A stretch of 64,000 bases of DNA from Harriotta raleighana (taxonomy: Eukaryota). Position numbers and translations under genes: made by a program. This document shows positions 1-12,500 of this stretch, one piece after another. Location of the stretch: the NCBI GenBank assembly GCA_050575255.1, contig JBNZDD010013687.1, forward strand, positions 847,024 to 911,023, in the 5' to 3' direction. The first letter of the stretch is position 1, and each line of letters opens with the position of its first letter. The notes beneath the pieces are model-generated. The model ran no database searches. It was given only the letters and a program-made list of their open reading frames with translations, and was not told the DNA's origin.

Positions 1-284
1 TTCGAATCGAAATAATACAAGAAAAAGCACAACACTTTTGTTCCTCTATCATCCAATTGCACTGTAAATGGTTGAATTGTTATAAAAGAACTTGCAATTT
101 TACAGCATCTTATCATATCAATGTCCTTTAGGAAATTCAGATGATCACATCCTAATTAAGTACGAGAGAGAAAGAGCTCAATAGAGCTATAAATAGTTGT
201 GGCAACGTTTTTATGTCAATTCCACTGTTGTTCATCTTTGTTTCCCTCACTTTCTTAGCTATTATTAGCAAACTAAAAACTTAC

Positions 285-523
285 AGAGAACATGAACCCC
301 ATGCTGAAGTTGACCAATGTGTTCAAATAGTGAAGTCAATATGGGTAGCAAAGCCACAGTTGTATAATTGATATTCTGAGTAACTCCCTTTAATTGAGTT
401 CGTGACTGTGAGACTTTTCCAAGTTTCAAACTTTCTAATGTTTTTTCAAGGTCTTCTGCTGCATTTTCAAAGAACAAACGCAATCCAGCCTTCACGAGCT
501 CCGAACCAAATTTCATGACATTT
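285..523 (-). CDS. RYR3: RyR exon W63 (239 nt), [14 protein letters not shown]...QHGVHVL
   Basis: AG/GT ends, phase 2-1, RyR peptide. Confidence 0.93.
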
Positions 524-3500
524 CTGCAAAAACACAATTTGGAATGTGTGAATATTCTCAGCTTGCGGTTGGAACAATATTCGATTCTGCACAACATTTA
601 ATAGAGCCCAAAGATAAACAGAAAGACTGAAGTTAAATTTACAAACATTATAGTAAGTGACAATCACCTGGTGTCCAGCGTCCGTGCCAAGATGTGTAAA
701 CAGTTCACTATTGTACCGGAATCAGTTCCTTTAGAGGTGAGAATGGAGAGATTAGAATTCCTATACATTGTCCTGTATGTGGTACACTGTAATTGAGTTT
801 AATATTCTAGACATCTTTTTTGGATCATCAGAATGTCCTTAAATTCTTGACAGTTTGGAAAATGCATCTTTCTGCGAAACATAAAACACTTCAGAACATT
901 TCTGAATTTTTACACCTTAGAACCCAATCAATTGTGAAAAAGCTGCACATCTGGATCAAATGATACTGCATAAAGAGGGCTCTCAATGCTCACAGAACTC
1001 TATCTCAGCCTAATTGAGTGTCTTCAGGAAAAGAGGGCAGACAGCAAGAACAAGTGACAGTGTTAATAAAATAGGAAGGATGTATGATTTGTCTTTGAGT
1101 CAGAGCATGCATTATTTGTTTTATGATTTTCAGGCGGTTGAATTAGCAGTGGTAACACTTTTCCAACTAGTCTGATGTACTTGCAAAAATATTGACTGCA
1201 CTCCAACTAACAACAGTGGAAAGTAAAGAGTATGAAGAGAGCAACGCTTACCAAAGAGTGAGATCCTATGTCTGACAAGGGCTGCAAGTTTGTAGAAAAT
1301 ACTGATACAGAAGAGCATGGAAAAGCAGAAAAATAAATGAGAGATAGTAAATAAGAGTTAAAAAAGTGAGTTAGTCCTGTCAAAATAATCAACTACAGAA
1401 CATGAGTCTGGTGAGTCTTTAACCAGTAAATATTTTATGCTTTTGGTTGTACTTTCCGCAAATGGCTTTTCCTCCAGCCCCCGCACTGTCTCGTGCGGCG
1501 TCCCTCAGGGCTCTGTCCTTGGTCCTCTCCTCTTCACCCTCTATATGCTCCCCCTTGGTGACATCATCCGCAGGCATGGGGTTAACTTCCACATGTATGC
1601 GGATGACANNNNNNNNNNAAAAAGAAATCCAGTGTATGATGTTTACTCCCCTCCTGCCCCATTTTTATTTAAAGAGTACAATTGTGAAGTTGTTTTTCTT
1701 TGTCTCTCTGCTCAGTGGACTCTGACCTGCTCCATGTCCCCCAACCTGTAGGCCCCATACACAGAGGTTGGGCCTTCATCCTTTCTGCTCCCACCCGTTG
1801 GAACTCCATTCCAGTCCTTTCGTCTCACCCCATCCCTTACTCCCTTCAAGGCCAGTTTCAAGAACTTCCTCTTCTACCGCGCTTTTGGCTTGCCTTCCAA
1901 CCCTCCAGATTCCAACCCCCAGCTCGGGTGCACATCCCTGGCTGTCCAGTGCTTTGCGACATCCTTCCAATATGAAAGGCATTTTACAAATGGAATTTGT
2001 TGTGGTTGTTATTATTTGTCTCCAGTATTTAAATATCACAATAACTGGTTGTCATTTTTGGGGGGCTATTTAGTGTTTGCTCAGCCAATCATCAGCAAAG
2101 CGAAGCCTGAACTGCTCAAGCTACACTTTCTGCCAACCCTGGAGAAACTCAAGAAGAAAGTGATAAAGGTTGTTCAGGAGGAAGAGCAGCTGAGGGCAGA
2201 TAGCAAAGCTGATACCCAGGAGGCTGAGCTGCTCATTCTGGACGAGTTTGCTCTCCTTTGCCGAGACCTCTATGCTTTCTGTCCAATTCTGATCCGCTAC
2301 GTGGATTACAACAGGCAAGCCAACCGGATTGTTTCTTAAATAACATGATAATGTGGACATATTTATTTATTTTGATTATTTTAATAGTGTTTGATAATGT
2401 TACCGTCACTTGACTGTACCATTCCCCTAAAGTTATTGAAAAATGAACTATTAACAGTACCTCCTTTACCTCTCCGATCTGCTCACAGCCACCCCACTAC
2501 TTGTCACCTTCGCTCAGATGGCCGAGGGACTGCTGCATGTCCATTGTCCCCTCCACCTGTTCCACAATTGGCTGGGTTTTCAGACACTAAACTCCAAATC
2601 TATCGAACTCCTAATCTCATTCCTTCCATCTTGCCCTTGTCTTTGACCACCTTCAAATCACACCTGCAGATTCAACCTCAACTTTCAGTCACCTCCCTTC
2701 CCTTTCTAGCTCAAGGACAAACTACATCACTGTTGAGTGCTCCAAAATGCTAAACACATGGAGGGTGCTGCATAAATGCAAGCTGTGGTTGTGAAGTGAA
2801 AAGATGCAGAATGATATGAAATTCATCTTGTTTGTATTTGATGACAGATCTGAATCTTGAATGTAAATTCTTGCACAAATCAAAATGGTATTAATTACTG
2901 ATACCCCTGATAACATCTTAAATCATCTGTCCAGCGCCTTGGGACGTCCTCCTGACGTGAAACGCGCTCTATAAATGTAATTTTGTTGTTGTTGTTGTTG
3001 TTGTACTGAAGTTACTGATATAAAGGGAAAATGCAAGGTTGAAAGAAAAATCTTAATATAGTATATAAATGAAGCTGGTTGACACTCAAGTTCTCCAATT
3101 ATCAGTAAAAGCTTCTATTCCCGAGACTTCCTTTTCTAGTTAGTTGGTTTATTTGTCAGCAAGTCCAATATGTACATTTTCAAGACCATTCTCTACAGTA
3201 AAAGCCGTTTTATCCGTGACTCGATGAACCGGAAAACCCGTTGAACCGGAAAACCTGTTGAACCGGCACCTCAAAAAAAAAGTTCTGATTCGATAAACCG
3301 GAAGTTATCCAGCAGAATAGCGATGTCGCATTTAATGAATCGATTGTCGCACGCGAGTACTGTGCAGGATGTCGGCTGGCCACTGATTGAGTCTAAAGCC
3401 ACGCTATAGCTGTTTTTTTAAAAAGTCACGCTGCCGTTTTGTTTTCCTCCCATGGCAGCCATTGCAGAAGTTAAGTATAAATAATACAGTACTCATACAA

Positions 3501-6500
3501 TATTCTGTTATTATAGTATCTGTTATTAATGCATTTAGTCTATTATTTATTTAGTACTGTTCAACATTCACAATAAAGTAGCCAAACAATATTCTGTTAT
3601 TACTGTATTTTCTCTATTATTTATATGGTAGTGTATAACATTTACAATAAAATATCCATACAATATTGTTAATCTGTTATTATTTAGTCTATTATTAATA
3701 TGGTATGTGTTAAAATAATTTTTAATGACATTTTTTTCAAAATTTTTATAAACCATTCAACCAGAAAGCTATTTAACCGGCACAGGCCAGGTTCTGAGGA
3801 TCCTGGATAAACAGGCTTTTACTGTGTTTGAATAGAACGCCTTCCCACCTTGCTATGATTTCTTTTTCCTTGTTGGATGCGTATCCACTGCTGCTGACAG
3901 TCTTGGTTGGAGAGGATAAGAAGTATAGGCAGTGGTTCTTAAAGTAGTCATCAATCAGAGGAAGCAGAATCTAAAACAGAAATTTTAAACAAAATAATTT
4001 GAACATTATCACTTTCATGATTATTCAAATAATAACTATACAATAAGTTTTAGACTTTTTTTAAGTTAGCAATCTCATTTAAATGTGTCTTTTTTTATTT
4101 TCGTAAAATAATCTGGAAGCAATACGTCAATATACAGTTTTTAAAAATCTGCCAAAAAAAATCCAGCAATAAAATCCCACAGATTTATAAATACCTTGTG
4201 GAAAAATGTATTTTGGGGAATAATAGGATTCTGGCTTTAAACAAGTTATTACATTTTAACGATCCTGGAAACCTAATATTCTTCTAAAGAGATTTTGTTT
4301 CAACCTCAAAGTGAAACAATCTTCAATAATAATAATCATCCTTGCATTTTATCACATTCCTCAAAGCTCTGTACAGGATATGCTGTAAAATGGTGTGACT
4401 GTATGTAACTTGTGGACAAATACTTCAGAAATGATTCACATACCTTTGCAAAAAATTTGATCTCCTGCTCATGTGGAGATTTCTCTGCTTTGCCGCTGCT
4501 GACAATGGCCTCTACCAACAAAAGCACAAGTGAACTGTCATAACCCATGGAAAGAATAATGTTAAATATTAAAAGGCAATCAGAGGCAACAAGAACAAAA
4601 TTACATTTGTATAGCATCCTTCACGATGGGTGGACATACCAACAATCAACAATCAAACAGCAACCCACCTCCAGTGCTAATTCTTTTAACATGGCATCAA
4701 TAAGAATATCAATCTATAGTTGCTTTAAGTGCTGGTAGATCCTATTAAGAAGATTGTAACCCTGACTGCTTATAACCAAATATTAAGAAACTCCAGTGAT
4801 TAAGAAATTCAGTATAAACGATGGAAATTTGAGTAAGTAAATAATGTATGGGATATTGCCACTTACCCAAATGTATGATGAATTCATGTCCTGATTCAAC
4901 ATAATTCAGTACCTTCTGAAGGAATTTATAAGCAAATCGCTTTTCAAAAGATGAAGCATCCAACTCCATGTCCTTAAGGCCTCTGTAAGTGCATCAATGA
5001 ATGAAAGAAAAAACGTTATTATGCACTATAATCCGTAACACTCCCACTCCCCATCCACCACCAAGAAACTAATCTTACTTAATCTTCAGTTGCAATAACA
5101 TTTCATTACCAATTCACTTTTATAATAACAATTTTTGTATGATTCAAGACTTCTAAGAGAACAGAATTGGTACAATCATTAAAATAATCATATAGTGTGT
5201 CCATTTTTATCTGATTGAGAGGAAAGAGCACTTCCCTTACCTGGATATTGCATAGCCATTCTTTTGGAGAAACTTGAAGAGCTCATGAGCCTTTTCACGA
5301 TCTCGGGCCTTCTCTTTGGCAGTCAATGTATCATATGGAATAAGCATTGTTTGACTGCCACCACCTAAAGGGATTTCATAGGTTAGAAAAAAATGCGCCA
5401 TTATTTTGGAATAATGATTAAAAATGGGAATATTTCAGAATTTTATTTTCAACATATTTTGCAGGATTTGCAATTCAGATTATTGGAGTTGTATAGGAGT
5501 TTCATGACTACTCTTTAATAATAACTAGTAAATAATTATTGTAATTTGTTGCTTTTTTTCAAATCAGTTTAACAAATCAATTATTGTATTTATTATTATT
5601 CTCATCTATGCTTCCCTTGTGATATTTACCTCTGCTCTTACTTACCTCTGCTTTCTAATTCAGCTTTTCGTTTTTTAGCCCAAATGTTGTAGTAGTTCTC
5701 TGCTATGACTTCTGCCATTCCCTAGGTCAGATCAATGGAACAGAACAAGAAAGTTTTTCCAAAAATTAATACCTCATTTAACTGTTTTGAACTGTGATCA
5801 ATGGACAAAGAAAATGGCAAACATCACCATCTAAATTGTATTTGAATAATTTATAACTATCCTAGCAAGAAAGTGTTTAATGGCTAAAATAAATAGATTA
5901 AAAAAGAAACTATGATGACTACCAGAGTTATTGGTCTATTTTGGCGATGGACTGGGTACAGTATTTTGTATTTTTTATGAGCTACTTGTCATATATTCCT
6001 GGCTAGTAGCTATACATTTTCCTTTAATGGGATAATGGATGATAATAAGCATCAATGGTATTTCCATTCTAGGGAAAGCTCTTCAATATACATTCCAGTC
6101 ATATTAAAAGAAAAATTGGTGAAGATATTTAAAAAACAATTAATATTTAAACTGAAGCATGTAGATTGTCAGTAAAATGGGGGAATAGGAAGAATCATAT
6201 TTTGGGGGGTGGTGGCGTGGAGGTACATGTTTAAATAAATCTCGAATTCACTCAAAAGAACTTGACTAACCTGCAGCTCTTTCGAGAGCAAAACATTGGA
6301 CAGGTCATCAAGAATAGGAGTATATCCTCCTGAACTCTGGAAGTAAAGATCCAAAGAATTACCAACACAAATAAAATTTTATTTGCATCCAACTGTGTAG
6401 AGCTTCTTCAATCATTTATACCCAAACAAAGTTTATCTAATTGATTATTTGCTACATTTATTACTACGGACTGATTAAACTTGTCAAAAGTAATTTGACT

Positions 6501-9500
6501 CCTATGTAGTACTAGTCGACATATGCTTGAAGTGGAAAATTTCAATGTTTATCTGAATACATTGTAAAATGCTTTGTTTGGATAAGGGAACAATAATTAT
6601 TTGAAAGTCATACATGCATTAGACAATGTTAATGCTGCATTGAAACTGGTGCAAATCAAATTATACACACCCGTGGGAGGCGTGAAACAAAGTCTGACTT
6701 GCCTTGTTTAACTGACAGATTCCAAGAGGAGTTATCTGGAAAAATGGCTTCTAATGTTTTGAACTGTGAACAATGTTAGATTATAAAGTTGTCTACCAAG
6801 TTGAAATCAATGCTCAATTCCTTGAACACTTCCTGAGTTCTGTTGTAGTAGACTCCCACAAACAGGTTCAACAACAACAACAAAATGACACTTCTATAGC
6901 CACCAAACATTAAGACAGATTTGCCTTACCTGAGATGCTTTGCGCTGTTTTTCACTTTCCCGGTGCTGGATCACAGCTTCACTTTCCTTTGTCCGTTCAA
7001 TGTTCCAGGAAAGAGCCAGTATGGTTCGAATGGACTCTTTGGCAGGCCAGCGATATAGCTCTTTTTCCTGTTATTTATAGAACAACCACGTATCTGAGTC
7101 CATGTTAGCAAATATGCCCAAACAATTCCTGAATTTCAAGTTCCACTTTCAGAAAATATTCAAAGGCACAGACCAGACTACGATATTTCAAGGATGCAAA
7201 AATGTTCTGAACTGAAGGCCATCGTATTTGATGATCTATAAAACTGTACATTTGTGAGTTTTCAATACAGCAGTATATTTTCTAATAATTGAATAGGAAT
7301 CAAAATGTTCAAGGGGTTAATCATGGATCATATCAAATGGTGTCATAGCATAAGAATCATATTGTACAACTAGGAACAGGCTACAAACAGTTGAGACACA
7401 GGGTAGTGTCCCAGTGCTCTTAAATGGACTGAATACATTACACTTTTAACAAGCTAGCACAGACCCAATGGGCTAAATGACCTTCTTTCGTGCTCCAGAT
7501 TTGTGTGGTTCCAAGTACAAACATCTGCAAACTAAATTTAAGAAAATAATAAAATTTCAGCATGCAGCAGAGTGACATAAAACTTGTAAACTTTGCTTCA
7601 CGAGCATGTCACCTCAAAGGAACTCAACATCAAAATATATTAAGGATCAGTTAATGTTGTTTTGAAGAGCAGAACACAACAGTATTAATATGAATATATC
7701 TTCCAAACTACATTAAATAACAGTTCTATTTTAACAAGTTTATCAAAGCAACAATCCAGATCACTTACCCTCTCTGACAATGTTTTGTACGGTCTCAATA
7801 ATGGATGAGTCTTTGTGTTTTCATTTACAACATCACTATATGTCCATCCATTTTGAAGCTATAAAAGCAAAAAAACACTATTACTGTTATAGTATACTAA
7901 GGAGACAATTCATTTGCATTTGATAAATATGTACAGCACAATTGGACAGTTTCTATCCTTGCCATTTATAATATTTTGTCAGTATCTTGCTTTCTTCCAT
8001 GCATTGCAATTGCTTAGACAAGAATTCATTGCTTTCAGACTCCTGTCATCAGTTGTAGTTTCATTGTTCCATGCTATGGTCTTCTAAACTAAAGGAGAGT
8101 CCTTTTCAAAAGCACATCTTCTGTAGTGCAGCTTGAACCTTTAGTTACTGTAAATGATAGAAAAGCAAGATTCATAAAAGAAAACCAATCTTTACCTTGT
8201 CAAGAGCCCATTTTTCATGTAAATATTCAGCATATTTGTTGATAATATGCTCGAACTTTTCTGGAATTGAAGTACTGAAACAGAACAGGGTAAATATTTA
8301 AACAAAGTTTGCAATTCAACCATAAAACATCTTTTGGCTTTAAGCTGCAGACAACGGTGGCTAGAATTATGTTAACATGACATTAGTGCTGTTTGAATGC
8401 TAAAATATGAGTTGTGTGGCAAATTCTTGAAAATCTGTCCCATTCTTAAAAGAAATGCCATTGAGCAGTCTGGTGACAATGCATGGATATATTGGCGTTG
8501 CATCCAACAAAAATGAAGTGAGAATCGCTTACTTCGCTGAATTTAAAAAAAATGAAATATTCAAAACCAAAAAACAAGAGAACATAAACTAAATTCTGAA
8601 GAATGTTTTCACAACTTAATGAAATATTAAAATGGGAGACTCCACCTCTTTAGGATGGTGTTCAGAGATTTTCAGAAAAATATAAAATGGGTACATTTTC
8701 TTCAGTATATTCATAATCTGTGATTCGGACAATTTTAGTCTAGCAGTCAGTAGAACTCAATACTCGGAGGCACACGATTGCAAAGAGAATTTGCTTAAAA
8801 CAAATAAATGGTGTTCTTTGTTGAACGAGTCAAAAGACTAATGAGCATTTTTATGTCATGCTTTGTAGCTTGCAACCAAGTGTAATTTAGTCTACTCTTC
8901 CAAAGCTACATAATTAATAGAACAGCCAGTGTTTATGACTGCAAGTTCTTAGGTCAGTGTCATACTTAGAAGTGCTGATGGGTTTGGGGTCAAAATTGCC
9001 CTCTTCATCCACTGAAGTCTTTTTCTCCAAATCATCTGATAAGCTGGAATCCACATAGTCAGGTGACAGAGCCCCTGCTATAGCACTCAGGCATGGTAGA
9101 GCCATTTTAAAGAGTTCAGAGTTGTATTTCTGGAGGAAAGAGAAAACTGATTGAATGATCACAAGTAATCTTATAAAGTAACTCGAAGACATGTTAAGGG
9201 GCTAAATCAAGGATTATTCGTGGAGTCCTGTGGCTCAGTGATTTGAGCACTCGTCTTACAAGCATGATACCTGTGTACGAATCCAGGCAGGTCAGGACAA
9301 AACCTTGGGCAACTTTCCTTACTCCACAAGCCTAATAATAATCTCTCAAAAAAAATTGGTTATTTCAATCCATTACTGTTTGTGGGACACTGCTGTGCGC
9401 AATTGGCTGCCACATTTTGCCCGCATATATACAGTCAATTTACTTTATACAGTAGTATATTCCGTGAAGCGCTTTGAAACATCTAGAAGACGTCAAATGC

Positions 9501-12500
9501 GAGGATTATTATTATAGTAAAAACCCAAGTATCCGGCACCCTTGGGACCTGACTGATGCCGGTTAGTTGAAGATGACGGATATTCGGGCGGCAAGTTGCC
9601 AAAAATCCAACACAAAAAATTAACTTTTTTTTAAACATACTATATTAATAATAGACTAAATAATCACAGAATATTGTATGGATACTTCCCAATAAAGCAA
9701 TAAATATTGGTTACAGTCTAGAAATACAGCACACAACCACAAAGCAAACTTCTACAATGGCAGACGGTAGTGGCTTAAAACGCACTCTCGGTTTTTTCTC
9801 TTAAAGTGCCACTTTAAGCCATTCCTGGCAGTATTCAGAACTACTCGTCCTGTACTCTCATGAAACAACTGACTCACTAAACGCACCACCAAGAGTGTGT
9901 CGGATGGCTCCGGTATGAGATCTGGTGGCTTTAATGGTGAATTGTATTGGGAGGTATCGGTTGGTCGAGCGTTCCGGTTGGTTGGGTGCCACATAAACGG
10001 GCTTTTACTGTATTATGATAATACTGCGACTTTCAAATAAAAATACACATCTTAAAAGCACTCTGCCAGATAGAATTGATCAGAAAAGAAAGTTCAATGT
10101 TGTGATACACTGTACTCGAACATGGAAACCAATTTGGCCCAGCCTGTAGACAATAATGAGATGCGCAGGTAATTGGTTTGAAATTTGGGTGAGGAGAGCA
10201 AATAGAAGTAGGATTAAGTGGAACAAAGAATTGGGTTACGCAAATAAAAGAAGAAAAATTATGCTTATGTTTATAATAATAATCCTTCATTTATATAGGG
10301 CTTTCCGCATCTTATCGATATCTTATGTGCATGTTGGGGGCAAGGGTCATAATTTACCTCTATTGTTTTACTGAACTATATTGCAAAGTTTGAGGGTTTT
10401 TTCCTTCTTTTTAAAGATGAAAGTGTTTTTTAGCCTGTTGTGAAAAAAGGTTTTTTTGGGAGGGAAAAAATGCTTGCTTGCAAGCTTCACACACATCACA
10501 CAACTAGATTTATGTACTGACAAAATAATTACCTTTTGAGCGAGTGAATCAAAAATTCCCCAGAACAACTTTTTGGTCAGATGTAATTCTTCATCGGAGG
10601 CACTTCCATAATTTCTCCATCCTGATACTAAGCAATAGTATCTCCAGGACAGCTCATAGTGATTCGTTAAAAGCTGCAAGTTATAAGAAAAAGTAATGAA
10701 ACATCCCACAATTATCATTGCAGTAGATAAAAAATATTGATAAAGACAAATGTCGATTATATGGTTTTATAGGATTACAATGGACACTGAAGTTAATGAC
10801 TTAGTCCTGTATCTCACAATAAACTCAAGCATTAGTGTAAGGACTCAGAAACACAGATCCAAGTGGGCTCCAGTTTCGAATTTTCATAACATCAATAGTC
10901 AATGGATCAAAATTGATCAAATGGCATTAATGTTTTGTCTCAAAGTTTTTTTATGTAATAATAATAATAATTCTTGCATTTGATTATAACGCCTTTCATG
11001 TTAGGAGGACATGATGCAGCTCTTCACAGGATGTATTGTACAGTGCAGTGACTATAAATTTTTGTAGGCAAAAATTTGCCCACATCAATGTCAGCCATGA
11101 AGTGAATGATAATTTTATTTGGAGAGATTGTTAGTCAGATTGCCGGGAGAAACTCTTTTCTTTTTGAAGAGAGCCAAAGGGATCTTTAAAGTCCGCCCGA
11201 ACTGACAGCCAGCCATTATATGGCCCAGGAAAACTTAACAAAGTCTGACATCCAAAATCGCTTCATTAACAAACATACATTTTGTTCTTATTGCAAAAAA
11301 AATTCAAATGAGGTAATTTTACTAAATATGATGGTGACACCTAGTGGCAAAATATCATTTTAGCAACCTTTCTTTTATTTGGTGGCCAATTGGGCAATTT
11401 ACAACAACAAACAACAAAATTACATTTGTAGAGTGCCTTTCAAGTTGGGAAGCCCTTTCATCTTATTTAATTGGAATGCCTATGCTTGATTGGTTAGTTA
11501 AATAGAATGTCAATCCTTGGTAGTCGTCTGGTTATTTCTAATGCTGCTTTTGAATTGCATTACGCACGGTTTAATATTTGTAGGGGTGGTATTGTTCTGA
11601 GGAACATACCTTTAGGGACATTTTACAGTACTCGTTGAGGAGGGGGACATCAAAAACAAAGCGTCGCAGAAGGGGTTGCAACATAGCTGGTTGGAGGTAA
11701 CTGCAGAAGAATGAAAAATGCAAATCAAATCATACAGAAATACATTATCAACTGGAGATCGTAGAAAAGTTCAATGATTTTAAAAGCTGCAAACAACAAA
11801 GATGTGGTTTGACACAGCATTGTGGATTAATAGAAATTAAGATTAATGGCCATGATTCCCTACAGTTGTTCCATTGTGGACCAGGTGCCAAGTGTAAGGC
11901 TAACACACAAACTGGGGCAGGAGAAAGTCATTCTTGGCCACTCTCGCAGCTTCCACAAAGCTGAAAATAGAGCAGCAAAGACATGCTGGCCTCCTTGGCT
12001 GAGAATGGTGCATCATTTAGAGAGACATAGAAACAATAAAACTATAAGAAAGTTAATAACTTCCAAACAGAAATCTCTAAAGAATACTGAAAAATAACAT
12101 TTACTCTATCCTCTTTTCCCCACACACCCCAGCATGGAATGTTTTAATTCTCCTTCCCAGAGTCTCAGGATTTGAAACTCAAACTGACCAGCCTTAATGT
12201 CCTAAAATACTGTATATAAAATAATGAATCTAGTAATTTAACTCATTGCATTTTCCTGTTTATAAGGAAACAGAACAAGGTTTGTCAAATGCTTTCTTTT
12301 CTTGAAGATGGTACCAGGCAAAAATACATAAGTTTAGGCTTTGACTAGTTTTGTTTCCAAAGGTAAGTAAATCTGTACCGGCATATAGACAGCAAACATT
12401 CTTCAATTGATTCTCGTTGAGCTTTGGTAAGGCTAGGTCCTTTGGACATTCGATAGATTGTGTGGAGTACGGCATCTACCCGAGCAGCATAGTGCTCAGT

